Shown here piece by piece: positions 29,764-39,801 of a stretch of DNA of 64,000 nt. The notes under the pieces are model-generated. The model saw nothing but the letters and a program-made list of their open reading frames with translations, was not told the DNA's origin and made no database searches. Source of the DNA: an uncultured virus (IMG/VR IMGVR_UViG_2660238316_000001) (taxonomy: Duplodnaviria; Heunggongvirae; Uroviricota; Caudoviricetes); the IMG/VR virus record IMGVR_UViG_2660238316_000001, positions 1 through 64,000 of that record; one strand, given 5' to 3'. Each line of letters starts with the position of its first letter. The stretch's first letter is position 1. The translations under genes were made by a program, and so were the position numbers.

Positions 29764-29774
29764 ATCCTAGCCTA

Positions 29775-30323
29775 TTAGCTTGAGTGATGGGCATTCCACT
29801 CATCACGAGTAATCTCCCACAACTCTGAGTCCAGAAGGCCGCTGACAAACTCTTTCTTTTCCGTTCTTATTAGGCGCATACCGCTACTGACTGAAATGCG
29901 CTGAGAACGTATATTTTCAGTTGCTTTTGGAGCACGCAATACCGCCCTGTTCAAAGTGTTAAACCAGTAATCTGTCGCGGCAATACTGGCTTCGCGCATT
30001 AATCCGTACCCCTGACATTCAGGAACCAGCCAGAAACCACGATTATTATCTTCCTCATCATCCAGGCAGATAACACCTATTAAATTGTCAGGATTATCCC
30101 GGTGCCGTATGGTCCAAACCCAGGCGACTCCTTTTGCCATAGCTGGCAGCACGACGTTATTAACATAGTGTGCTGCGCCATCGTCAGGATAGGGCCAGGG
30201 AACCGATGACACCATATAACGGACAATTTCCCAGCGTGGATAGCGCTCTTGAATTTGTGATGCATCTTCGGCAACTATTGGCTTTAACAGCAAACGCTTT
30301 GTTTCTAGCATGGGTATTTGCAT
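29775..30323 (-). CDS. GNAT N-acetyltransferase (RimJ/RimL type), cassette 4
   Basis: LETKRLLLKP, GFWLVPECQGYGLMREA, N..SQRIS...GM motifs. Confidence 0.9.
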   Translation of the reverse strand: MQIPMLETKRLLLKPIVAEDASQIQERYPRWEIVRYMVSSVPWPYPDDGAAHYVNNVVLPAMAKGVAWVWTIRHRDNPDNLIGVICLDDEEDNNRGFWLVPECQGYGLMREASIAATDYWFNTLNRAVLRAPKATENIRSQRISVSSGMRLIRTEKKEFVSGLLDSELWEITRDEWNAHHSS

Positions 30324-30490
30324 GGATCTTCTCCTTACTGGTTAACATATCCATTACCATTTTTTACTGGTTCAATATTTACTGTGATTTATTTGGATGT
30401 ACAGAAGATATTCAGGTAATCGGACGGCAGACCAGCTGGGAAGTTGGCTTGATACTTATTGAATATAAATGTAACGGACATTTATAAACT

Positions 30491-30515
30491 GTCTGCTTCT
30501 TGGCACAGAGCAGAC
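30491..30515 (+). repeat. Palindromic cassette site A4
   Basis: GTCTGCTTCTTGGCACAGAGCAGAC. Confidence 0.85.
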
Positions 30516-30642
30516 TGCCTGAACTAATTACACCCACACGAGGTTACTACAGCGCTGGCAAGCCAAACCATCTATAACCATAACAAAATCACTTTACCCA
30601 AAAGTTAATAAATCAGGGAGTCCTTCCAAACTCCCTTTCAAT

Positions 30643-33600
30643 TCACTTATTAAAGTACGGATTCACCCGCTCCACCGCCTGCTGTACCAGTTTGTTTCTG
30701 GTCGCCATTAGCCGATCAATCTTTTCTCTTTTCTGATCCGCCGTGAGTATCCGGTCGCGCCTCATCATTTCAATCTGGGCATTCAGTGCCTTCACTTGTT
30801 TCTGAGTCGCTGTTAACCCCTGACGCTGCGATAATTTCCCTCTATTGTCCTCTATCAATTCATTAGCATCATCGCCACGCCCCTGCTTACGGAAGCTGTT
30901 AATAGTGCTATTAATCTGATTGGCTTCAGTCATCATGCGGTAAAAATCTTCTGTGAACTGGGTAGACTTAGCCGGATCTGAACCTCTGAAGAACGATTTA
31001 ATCACCGGCATTTCATCCAGGCGCATGGCCGGGGTTTCGCCGTAGTCTTTCAGGTTACGCATGAAAAGATTCGTAGCGCCCATCACATAGCCGCCCAGGC
31101 TGCCGGTATACCCCATAACAATATGATCCAGCATCTTAGGTGACATATTGGTAGCCTGCCCAACTTCACGCATTAGCAGGCTGGTCTGATCATTATAACG
31201 AGCACCCGCAATCAAATTGCTGTCGGCCATATTCTCAATCGGACCACCTTTGAAGAAATCATAGTTAACATAAGCCTCAGCAATCGGCATGGCGACTTGT
31301 GGGATAGGGTTGAATGCCATCGTTTCCATAAAGTTATGCGCCACCAGCTTGCCAAATTTTGCCTCGGTATCTTTACCGCCCAGCGCACGAACAAATCGCT
31401 CTGGTAAAGTGCCAAATATCGCACCAAACTCGAACGGTTTTGGAAAGCGAATATGCTGATCACCAATCCATACATGCCAATAGGTGTCTTTATCCCAGTC
31501 CTGTAGCTCTTCATAACGCTTATCGTCCCAATTTAGCGCCATCAGTGCCAGAGAGGCCGCCGTAATCATGCCGCCGCGCTTCAGCACTTCACGCGGGTTC
31601 TCTTTGATACCTCGGCCTAATTTACTCAGCCCCTGCATGCGGGCGTTGAAGAACGGCAGCATATCACTCAGGTTAATCATGATATTGCTGGCCCCCATCA
31701 TACTGAAATCCATTAAGTCGCGAGATTCAAAAGCTGCCTGAGCCTTACTTTTCCCCGATTTAATGGCGGCCTCATAAGTGGCCAGTCGGTTAGCATTCTC
31801 CGCCGCTTCGCTGAGATTTTTATATTTATGCAAACCCTGTTCAATCTTGCCCATCACCTCTTTGCTGTTACGAACAATAGAGGATTCAAATTCTTGTATC
31901 TGACTATCGTTGTAACCTTTACGCCGTAGAACACTACGAATGGTTTTAGCAGTCGATGCCGGATCATAAACATTCGAATAACCACCACCAAAAGTCGCGC
32001 CAGCAAACATCATATCCACCAGACTATCATCGGTGCGTAGGGCTTTTTTAAATCCGGCCCATGAGGCTATAACTGGCTTAAAACCATCTTTATTGATGGC
32101 CCATGAGTGGATTGAGTCACGTAAGAAGTTGCGGATAATAAAATCAGGCATTGATGTGGTGCTGACGGTCAGCACTTTTTTAGCCTGGCGGGCCGCTTTC
32201 ATAAAGGTGGAATTACTGCGCTCAAGGTCAATCATGGTAAAGGCGCGATACAGTTCAGGATCATTAACCTGTACCAGTTTTTCCTGCCCATCAACAAACA
32301 CCTTCACCACATCTTTGCCGATACGCTCAAAGTCCATCTTGTTCGGTGATTCAATCACCTCCAGCACACCGGTATCCGCAAGATTGACCACTGAGCGACG
32401 CATAGCTTCATTTTTCATTGAAGCATCGACCGATTTCGCCACGTAATTAAACAGGTTTTCGATAGGATCCTTAATGGTCAAATCACTGCCTTTTAACTTG
32501 CGCACAGTACTGCTCTGGTTAGCAATGCCTTTGCTGGTCCACGGCCCCTTCACCTCACCATTTTCTGCTTCACGATAATATGGCAAGTACCAGGCATCCT
32601 CCCACTGTGCGCGGCTTTCTGGATCAATCAATCCCATATCCTGTTGCAGATCCAGAATCGATTTAATAAAGGCATCATACTTTTTCTTCTGACCTTCGAA
32701 TAAAGACTCATTACCCCGGTTGAGGGTTTTCATATAAGCAATTTCGTCGGCATTAAAGTTGTTCTCTTTGCCCTCTTTCATCAGCCGTTCAGAGCGATGG
32801 CCGGCGATCCATTTAAAGAAGTTTTCCCGATGGTTTCCCAGTCCGTCGAGAATACCCATAAGAGCGTCCTCTTTACCGGTACCGGATTGTCGCTCTACTA
32901 TCCCTTCGGCTTTGTTATAGCGCGGCAAGCCATGCTCTAAAGTGGCGGCAGTAACAGAGCCTGCCCCGGCAGCCATACGCGCGCCAATGTAGGCAGAACT
33001 TCGTGCATCATTGATACCAGCGGCATCCTCGGCATACTTCAGCGGAGCCATGCCATCAAAGGTTTTAGTATTGAGTTTACGGCCAGTTTCTTTTAGCCAG
33101 ACTTTCAGTTCCGTTTTATCTTTGCTGGTCACTGTACCGTAGAAAGTCTTGGCCTTATCAAACCACCCCTGCTCAACGTTAAAGCCCATTTTTCGGTTGG
33201 TTTCAGCATCCATTGATGGGTTGGCAGTACGAGAGTAAAGCGCGTCACTATTGCGAATATCCTGCTTGGAGAGTATATTTTTACTTGAGCCGCTAAAGGT
33301 GTTCGCCCCGGGCAATTGGAGCCCGGTTGCATGAAGCCATTTAGCGGCTTTTTCTTTGTCTAAATACAGCAAGTCGTTGTCCAACTGCTTTTGTAGCGCA
33401 GCACGGTTATCTTTCCCGTACACGCTCGCAATCTTATTCACCTCTGCAAATCCAGCACCTTTACCATTCAGATGAATAGCGGCAATCACTGGATTCCCAT
33501 TAGCATCATGAGCTTCCACCAGTGAGACTAAAGCATCTTTCTCTGTTGCAGAACGCATGACAGCCACAGGGTCAGAAATTAGCTCAGGCAACCGCTTCAT

Positions 33601-36600
33601 ATCCTCTATTCGTACTGCGTGATCACGAATGGATGGGTCAGTAGCTTTATGGACCACGGACGCAGGCATGGTAAGCTCAATATTCCTTGCCCCAAGCGCC
33701 TGATAAACGGCTGGCGTATCGCCTAAACGAATCTGGTGGCGCGGGGCATTGTTCATTGCGGCAATATTTTCCACCTCCGCAGCAAACTGTTTTGCATCAT
33801 AGCTATCGGGTTTGAATGGATCTTTACGACCTTTGGAATACAGTGCGTCTGACCGAGAGAAAGTATTATCGAACTCCCGCGTTCCCGGCTGTTCGCCATC
33901 ATACATAGCAGTCTTTTTGAAGCGCCCGGCGACCGTGCGCAGAATATTACGTATTTCCGTTGGGGAAATGTCATTCGCATTCATGATGCCCGTTTTCTTC
34001 AATCCATTGATCAGCACAGAAACAAAACGGTCCCACATCGCTCCAAGGCCGGTGAGTTCTGAACGCTCAGCCATGTGAGCCAAAAACTCATTAGCCTGCA
34101 TTTCGAGAGACTCATTACGGTATGATTTATCGACCTCCCGCCAGACATCCTGAATTTCTTTATTTTTGCTGTCGCGCGTTTGATGTAACACTCGCATGAT
34201 ACGATCATATTCCACATCGCCAATGACGGAAGCTAGCCCATGGTGCGCCAAGACCTCATGACGCAATTTAGCCCTAAGTTCGCGGTCAGAAGTAATGTTA
34301 TCCGCTACCACAATCACCCGACTGAGTTCCGGTTGATAAATGGCATGGACAATGCCGAATTCTTTCGGGATCCCGCTCGGCATCATGGCAGCCGCTTCAG
34401 CTTGGGTTTGCACTACCTTAACTTTAATTTTGGCTGCACCATTCAAATTGCGCACCCAGACATCAGCGATAACTTGAGCCCGCCCTTGCCGTATTCCCTG
34501 AGTGGGTTTGTTACCAGCAGCAGTGTGACCAGTATCTGAAATCACATTGCCTTTGCCAATGTCAGTACCCTTACGCGAATAGAAAGTGATACCTTTATCG
34601 GTTGGTTTGGTTTTGATGGTTTGGAATAGGTGATCAAATGCCTGACGCACGCCGCCGTTTAATTCAGCTTCAGTTGGATAGGCATAAGTTTCAGGGTTTG
34701 CATGTTCGTCAGCTTTACGCAGGTTCACCAGATAGTCGTTAGTGATGCCTTTACTTTGTGCTTTATCAAGCAAATAACGCTCAAAGGCTCGCGCTGACAT
34801 TTCGAGTTTAGTCGTCCAGTAGGCTTTGCTTCGGCCACCGTCTAGCAATGCAGCACGCTCCATCATTCCACTATTGGTGACTTTATCGACGGCACTTTTA
34901 AAGGCGTCATGCACTTCTTGCCTGACTGGATGGATGACTTCTTGCCTTTTGCCGCCACTAAATTCATAGCGAGGACGTTTACGATCGGTAATAAATTCGG
35001 ATGAACGTTTACCGGACGCCTCGCCATGTACATCATAGGTGCCAAAATAGTTATCCAGTGCATGGAACCACTCATGCGCTAGCGAGCCTGCGCCATTACC
35101 TTTGGTGAGATTGATAACCACCTGCCCTGGCTCATAATGGGCTTTGGTTCCGCCCTTACCCCGTGCGCCAAATGCCAGCCCCAATTCACCATTGAGAGAG
35201 ATGGCTTTGGTCGGCACACTCAGTAATTCGGCCATATCGATCAGGGAGTCATAGGCGTCGTTTAATTCAGATTGACGGCGTGGCCCCTCAACATAGTTAC
35301 CAAACTGCACCCCGCGGAAACCGAAGGCATCACTAAATTGTTCAGGCGTCACATTACCCTTACGACGCTCAATACCAGTACGTGGCTCATTAGTCGCTTT
35401 GCGTTGTTCCTCGCGAGAGACTTTGCGTAATTTATCCAGTTTGGCTTCAATTTCAGCGCGATTCTCTGCCAGATAAGCTCGTGCCTCGTTGGGTGTTTTG
35501 AAGCCCGCTTTAAGCGGCAAAACGCCCATAGCCCCTTTGTAGCCAATAAACACGCTTTTATCTGCCCGCCGGGTATAGATCTCTAACTTAGCCTGTTTAG
35601 GGGCTGCTTCCCCTTTATCACTATTGAGCTGAGTCTCGATAAATGCCTTGGCTTTGGGTAATAGTTCCGCCATGGATCCCGCTGAAATATTTGCTATCAC
35701 TCCCCTTGGCGTGACCAGTTGATAAAGTGTTTTACCACCGGGATAGCTCTTGCCGTCAAAATAGGTGTAATGACCGGAGTGAACTGAGTACTTCGATGCT
35801 TCGGACATCTGCTCAGGTTTAAACTGTGAGATTAAATCAACAGTATCGGCGGCAGATCGTAAGGAGGACTTACTGCGAAAAATGGTTTTTATATCGTCAA
35901 CACTCGCATGGCTATTGATAATAGAACTCGCTAAATCACGAACCCCCTTAACCTGTTCAGCCCACTGATTAAGCTTATAAGGGGAGCCCGGTTTGGTCGG
36001 GATAAACGAGCGCAATACTGCAAGCAGCGCAAGTTTGTCTGACTTAACGCCATTCTCATGCATTTTGGTGTAATCAGGGTGCGGGAATAGTTTAGAAAGA
36101 GGCTGTTTCTTAATTTCTTCAATATCATGATCGGCTTTCAGTGACTCTGCCAATTGGCTCCATTTATGCTTCGCGGCCCCCTTAAGTTCCTCACCAAAAT
36201 CATCAATTTTTGCGTCTCTGTTTTTGACTTGACCCACTAGCTCAGGTACGGGCAATCGAACACCGTACCCCTTTCCTACCGGTTCAATCGTGGCACCCGG
36301 CATCTTGCCCCATTTGGAATACTTAGCGACTTTCTCACTGTTGAAGGGTTTGCCGAGATGCAGTCTCAATTCACCGACTTGCTGCTCACCAGACGCCACA
36401 ACGCCCTCATTAGAGGGCGCTGTTTTCGTATTTGCCGTTGTTGGCTCAGGTGGCAATCGCACACCAAAACCATCACCAACCGGTTCAATCACCGCCCCCG
36501 GCATCTTGGCCCATTTCGTGAATCTGGCTACTTTTTCATTGGGGAATGGCTTGCCGTGGTGCAATCTCAACTCGCCTTGTGGAGTTCCTGATTCAATATG

Positions 36601-38883
36601 CCCCTCTTTGGTTGATGCAATACCGCTATCAGTTGATTTTGCAGGTAATCGCACGCCAAAACCGTCGCCTACTGGCTCAATAACAGCACCTGGCATTTTT
36701 GCCCACTTAGTTAATCTGGCCACTTTCTCATTAGGGAATGGCTTGCCGTGGTGCAATCTCAACTCGCCAAGAGTTTCACCTTTTGCATAAGCTTCGGTAC
36801 GTGCATCTATAGGGACACCACCAGCACGCTGACGCTGATCGGTAATCGCTGTTTCAGACTGCGCTCCCATCGCCTCAGTAAAGCGGCGCACATCTTTACG
36901 CTGCCCTCCCTCAAACTGCGGCGCTTTCCCTGACTGAACATCATCAGGATTAACTACAGGTCCATCAGCAAAGATGATGTTTTTATCCGTAATGGCCTGC
37001 GGATCCGTTTGCCCATCGTAGGTATGGGTTTCTCTGACCGCACCTTGCTGCTCTGCCTGCTCCCTCGGCAAATACACTTGCCCACGAGTCTGTTCCCCGG
37101 CTGTGAATTGTGGCGCGGAACCCGCTTGAGGTTCATCACCTTGAATTGGTCCTGGCATTGGGAAACCTTCACCCGGATGAATATTACCGGGAGCTGGCAG
37201 GCGTGGAGTTCGCTGCGCCCGGATCTGATCAGCTTGCTGAAGTATCGATATCTCATCAGGTGTATAACCCTGCTCGCCCGACTCCATTTGTTGCTGAATC
37301 AGATCCTGTGCGGTCGGTTGTGCTTCTGGCTCTGCAAGTGAACGTTGAACATCGCTATCATCAGCAAAGCCTTGTACCCGAGGATCCTGACGTAAGTAAG
37401 CTGGGGTATCGCGGAAATCATCAATTTGAGAGTTGGGTACACCATTTTCACTGACTGAGTTTTGTTGTACTGCCACTTCAGGGGAACTCTGATTTTCTGC
37501 CTGCGGTGTAACTTCCTGCTGTTGGGAGGGATCGATATTTTCAGATACGGGTGAACCGTCAACATTAACGGGGTTTTCTGATGTTGCTTCTGCTGCTGAC
37601 CTGCGGCCACGAATTCCACCGATAGTTCCCGCTGCGCCACCAATGCCAGCCCCTAGCACTGCATTATTAGCACCGGTTTCTACCACCCCTTTCATTGGGT
37701 CTATTTTCTGACCTGCGGTGTCAATTAACTGCTGATTTTGAACATAGCGCTGGGCTGCACCCTGAGTGAACTCAGTTCCACCTTCCGCCGCCGCACCTAA
37801 TGAAGCCCCGGAAATAACACCAGAAGCCGCCCCTTTTTTGGTAAGCAAATTCAATAAGGTATGATCGCCCAATGTAGAAGCTGCAATGTTTATCGCTAGC
37901 ATGCGCGGATCTACCGTCACACTGCTGGCGGCCTGTTCTGCAACCTGATTGCGAGCTAGCGTTAATTTTTGTGTATCTGACAGTGCTGAGTTATTTGGAT
38001 CCGAATCTATGGTTGAAAAGGCTTTTTGAAAAGTAGGGCTTTGCACTAACTGATCAAAGGGCAATGCATTGATCTCATCGCGCATTTCATTACCAGAAGA
38101 ACCTTGTGCAGTACCTGCCATTATTCCGACAAATCCAGATTTTTGAGCCTGAATGCCCGCTTTAATTGCTGTTTCTTTTGCCGTTTCTCTCGCTACAAAT
38201 TCAGGTAACAGATTCTTAAGTTTCTGAAAAGTAAGTTCCTCAATACTTTTAGCGATGACCTTACCACCAAGTTTGGCAAATCCACCCACAGAGAACAGCT
38301 GAGAAAGTGTGGGTACTGCATTCATTACCCATGCATCTTTATCAAAAGCACCAGCACCAAGCTTCAGATTATCTTGAGAATCAGTTTCAATGAAAGGCAT
38401 CTCTGCTGCCTGCTTAGCCCCCTCACTGTAATTAGACTTTATTTTATCAGTGACATCACCAGCTAAATTACTTATGCCAGCTAAGGCACTAACCCCAACT
38501 TTACCGAGTGCTTTAGGTAAATCATTACCAGGATTTTTTCGAATTACATTCAACAACTCAGGATCAACATCCAGTGATATCCTTGGTTTTTCGGTGGCTA
38601 ATCTGTCCAATTTTCTATCAGCACCAACAACCATTTGGGATAATCCGTGAATAATTTCAGAAGGTGCTGTCGCTGCTGCGAAAGCAACATCTTTTAAACC
38701 TACACTAGGGTCATTCTCCTGCGGAGCTTTTGACTGCCGCCCAGCAGCTTCACGCGCAGCCCTGACGGCACCCCAGTCGAAACCAGTATTAGCATTCTCA
38801 CCTGGTTGCTGGATATTGAGTGTTTCACGATTACTGTTATTGGTTTGCTCTTCTGGACGTTGTTGTTGCGGATCGTAAGTCAT
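30643..38883 (-). CDS. Giant polyvalent internal virion protein (2746 aa; LPD1-, MuF-C- and LPD38-like domains)
   Basis: FGFRGVQFGN and LAHEWFHALD, RHEVLAHHGL metallopeptidase-like motifs, KIASVYGK, IRFPKPFEFG; last gene of late operon. Confidence 0.85.
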   Translation of the reverse strand: MTYDPQQQRPEEQTNNSNRETLNIQQPGENANTGFDWGAVRAAREAAGRQSKAPQENDPSVGLKDVAFAAATAPSEIIHGLSQMVVGADRKLDRLATEKPRISLDVDPELLNVIRKNPGNDLPKALGKVGVSALAGISNLAGDVTDKIKSNYSEGAKQAAEMPFIETDSQDNLKLGAGAFDKDAWVMNAVPTLSQLFSVGGFAKLGGKVIAKSIEELTFQKLKNLLPEFVARETAKETAIKAGIQAQKSGFVGIMAGTAQGSSGNEMRDEINALPFDQLVQSPTFQKAFSTIDSDPNNSALSDTQKLTLARNQVAEQAASSVTVDPRMLAINIAASTLGDHTLLNLLTKKGAASGVISGASLGAAAEGGTEFTQGAAQRYVQNQQLIDTAGQKIDPMKGVVETGANNAVLGAGIGGAAGTIGGIRGRRSAAEATSENPVNVDGSPVSENIDPSQQQEVTPQAENQSSPEVAVQQNSVSENGVPNSQIDDFRDTPAYLRQDPRVQGFADDSDVQRSLAEPEAQPTAQDLIQQQMESGEQGYTPDEISILQQADQIRAQRTPRLPAPGNIHPGEGFPMPGPIQGDEPQAGSAPQFTAGEQTRGQVYLPREQAEQQGAVRETHTYDGQTDPQAITDKNIIFADGPVVNPDDVQSGKAPQFEGGQRKDVRRFTEAMGAQSETAITDQRQRAGGVPIDARTEAYAKGETLGELRLHHGKPFPNEKVARLTKWAKMPGAVIEPVGDGFGVRLPAKSTDSGIASTKEGHIESGTPQGELRLHHGKPFPNEKVARFTKWAKMPGAVIEPVGDGFGVRLPPEPTTANTKTAPSNEGVVASGEQQVGELRLHLGKPFNSEKVAKYSKWGKMPGATIEPVGKGYGVRLPVPELVGQVKNRDAKIDDFGEELKGAAKHKWSQLAESLKADHDIEEIKKQPLSKLFPHPDYTKMHENGVKSDKLALLAVLRSFIPTKPGSPYKLNQWAEQVKGVRDLASSIINSHASVDDIKTIFRSKSSLRSAADTVDLISQFKPEQMSEASKYSVHSGHYTYFDGKSYPGGKTLYQLVTPRGVIANISAGSMAELLPKAKAFIETQLNSDKGEAAPKQAKLEIYTRRADKSVFIGYKGAMGVLPLKAGFKTPNEARAYLAENRAEIEAKLDKLRKVSREEQRKATNEPRTGIERRKGNVTPEQFSDAFGFRGVQFGNYVEGPRRQSELNDAYDSLIDMAELLSVPTKAISLNGELGLAFGARGKGGTKAHYEPGQVVINLTKGNGAGSLAHEWFHALDNYFGTYDVHGEASGKRSSEFITDRKRPRYEFSGGKRQEVIHPVRQEVHDAFKSAVDKVTNSGMMERAALLDGGRSKAYWTTKLEMSARAFERYLLDKAQSKGITNDYLVNLRKADEHANPETYAYPTEAELNGGVRQAFDHLFQTIKTKPTDKGITFYSRKGTDIGKGNVISDTGHTAAGNKPTQGIRQGRAQVIADVWVRNLNGAAKIKVKVVQTQAEAAAMMPSGIPKEFGIVHAIYQPELSRVIVVADNITSDRELRAKLRHEVLAHHGLASVIGDVEYDRIMRVLHQTRDSKNKEIQDVWREVDKSYRNESLEMQANEFLAHMAERSELTGLGAMWDRFVSVLINGLKKTGIMNANDISPTEIRNILRTVAGRFKKTAMYDGEQPGTREFDNTFSRSDALYSKGRKDPFKPDSYDAKQFAAEVENIAAMNNAPRHQIRLGDTPAVYQALGARNIELTMPASVVHKATDPSIRDHAVRIEDMKRLPELISDPVAVMRSATEKDALVSLVEAHDANGNPVIAAIHLNGKGAGFAEVNKIASVYGKDNRAALQKQLDNDLLYLDKEKAAKWLHATGLQLPGANTFSGSSKNILSKQDIRNSDALYSRTANPSMDAETNRKMGFNVEQGWFDKAKTFYGTVTSKDKTELKVWLKETGRKLNTKTFDGMAPLKYAEDAAGINDARSSAYIGARMAAGAGSVTAATLEHGLPRYNKAEGIVERQSGTGKEDALMGILDGLGNHRENFFKWIAGHRSERLMKEGKENNFNADEIAYMKTLNRGNESLFEGQKKKYDAFIKSILDLQQDMGLIDPESRAQWEDAWYLPYYREAENGEVKGPWTSKGIANQSSTVRKLKGSDLTIKDPIENLFNYVAKSVDASMKNEAMRRSVVNLADTGVLEVIESPNKMDFERIGKDVVKVFVDGQEKLVQVNDPELYRAFTMIDLERSNSTFMKAARQAKKVLTVSTTSMPDFIIRNFLRDSIHSWAINKDGFKPVIASWAGFKKALRTDDSLVDMMFAGATFGGGYSNVYDPASTAKTIRSVLRRKGYNDSQIQEFESSIVRNSKEVMGKIEQGLHKYKNLSEAAENANRLATYEAAIKSGKSKAQAAFESRDLMDFSMMGASNIMINLSDMLPFFNARMQGLSKLGRGIKENPREVLKRGGMITAASLALMALNWDDKRYEELQDWDKDTYWHVWIGDQHIRFPKPFEFGAIFGTLPERFVRALGGKDTEAKFGKLVAHNFMETMAFNPIPQVAMPIAEAYVNYDFFKGGPIENMADSNLIAGARYNDQTSLLMREVGQATNMSPKMLDHIVMGYTGSLGGYVMGATNLFMRNLKDYGETPAMRLDEMPVIKSFFRGSDPAKSTQFTEDFYRMMTEANQINSTINSFRKQGRGDDANELIEDNRGKLSQRQGLTATQKQVKALNAQIEMMRRDRILTADQKREKIDRLMATRNKLVQQAVERVNPYFNK
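36250..36768 (-). repeat. Three intragenic ~42-aa repeats in the giant protein
   Basis: GELRLH(H/L)GKPF..EKVA....W.KMPGA.IEPVG.G.GVRLP x3. Confidence 0.95.
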
Positions 38884-39455
38884 TTGGCGCTCCAAATTTC
38901 AGACGTAAAAAAAGCCTCGTTGTGAGGCTGTTCGATAGTATTAATAAGGTCCGGTTGCGCGAGATCTTTAATCCGTTCATATTCGAGATTAAGTCTGTGT
39001 TTTTCCTTCTTTCGCGCATTCATCAATCGACTACCGATAGTCCCCTTAACCTTCGAAACATTTTCTTTTATGGCAAACAAATGCTCCGCTTCTTCGCCGA
39101 TTGCAAGACGGCGCTTTAGTTGCTCTGTCATCCAGTTGAAAGCATTGATATACGCCTCTTTAATCGCTGTCGCAGGTTTACCGGTAAATCCCATAATTAA
39201 CATCATGCAACCATCACGAGTTATATTAAACATCGGCTGCATATCGCCATTTTTATCAATGAAATCAGTGGGCGCAAAATTGCGCTGGGTAAAATCATCG
39301 GAACATTTCAGGTTTCGAATTGCCCTTAGAACATCTTTGTGACGCTTGCTAAAGCATTGAGCAACCTTAAGTGAGGTGGTTATCACTTTGTTCTCTGACA
39401 TAACCACCATGTCTCGAAAATCAAATTGTGGGATGACTACCATTTGTTTGTTCAT
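38880..39455 (-). CDS. Rha family phage regulatory protein
   Basis: TTSLKVAQCFSKRHKDVLRAIRNL...TRDGCMMLIMGFTGK..IKEAYINAFN. Confidence 0.9.
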   Translation of the reverse strand: MNKQMVVIPQFDFRDMVVMSENKVITTSLKVAQCFSKRHKDVLRAIRNLKCSDDFTQRNFAPTDFIDKNGDMQPMFNITRDGCMMLIMGFTGKPATAIKEAYINAFNWMTEQLKRRLAIGEEAEHLFAIKENVSKVKGTIGSRLMNARKKEKHRLNLEYERIKDLAQPDLINTIEQPHNEAFFTSEIWSAK

Positions 39456-39468
39456 TGGCACTTCCTTA

Positions 39469-39550
39469 TTAGAAATGAACCTTTGGCGCATAGGAAACCA
39501 GCCCATCGAGGCGTACCAACCGTACTGGCTCCTCAAAGGCTCATTTCTAA
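39469..39550 (-). promoter_or_regulatory. Long structured RNA leader abutting the rha RBS
   Basis: TTAGAAATGAACCTTTG pairs with CAAAGGCTCATTTCTAA; inner GGAAACCAG/CTGGCTCC stem. Confidence 0.7.
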
Positions 39551-39645
39551 TCAGGTTCGATGATTTGAAGCACATGCGTTGTGCTGGGGAAACTGGAATA
39601 AAAAAAAACCGGCAGGCGAACCTGTCGAGGCTAGATTTCGTGCAT

Positions 39646-39720
39646 AAAAAAACCGAAGGGCTTTTTAAAGCTCACTTCGGCATCTTTGGATAATTTAGCG
39701 CGTTCCGTTTGGCTAAGCAA
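39646..39720 (-). promoter_or_regulatory. Late promoter-terminator module 4
   Basis: TTGCTT-17-TAAATT-ATCC-AAAGATGCC followed by hairpin and T-run. Confidence 0.8.
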
Positions 39721-39801
39721 GATTATAAATTGCAAATATCTCATACTACAATTGACGATACAGACTCCAATATTTTATAGTCTCAATTAAAAGCAATACA
39801 G

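Noticed and set aside
24714..30515. CRISPR array or classical integron
   Set aside because: Repeats are separated by whole genes rather than 30-40 nt spacers. There are no cas or intI genes and no RYYYAAC...GTTRRRY attC layout, and cargo orientation is mixed.
31212..37643. Many alternative-frame and antisense ORFs in the ORF track
   Set aside because: They are shadows of long genes with no RBS or recognisable motifs; the same applies to those overlapping tail, capsid and portal genes
38905..38932. Terminator between rha and the giant gene
   Set aside because: The hairpin plus T-run lies inside the rha reading frame; I cannot tell whether it is functional or rha has a read-through extension
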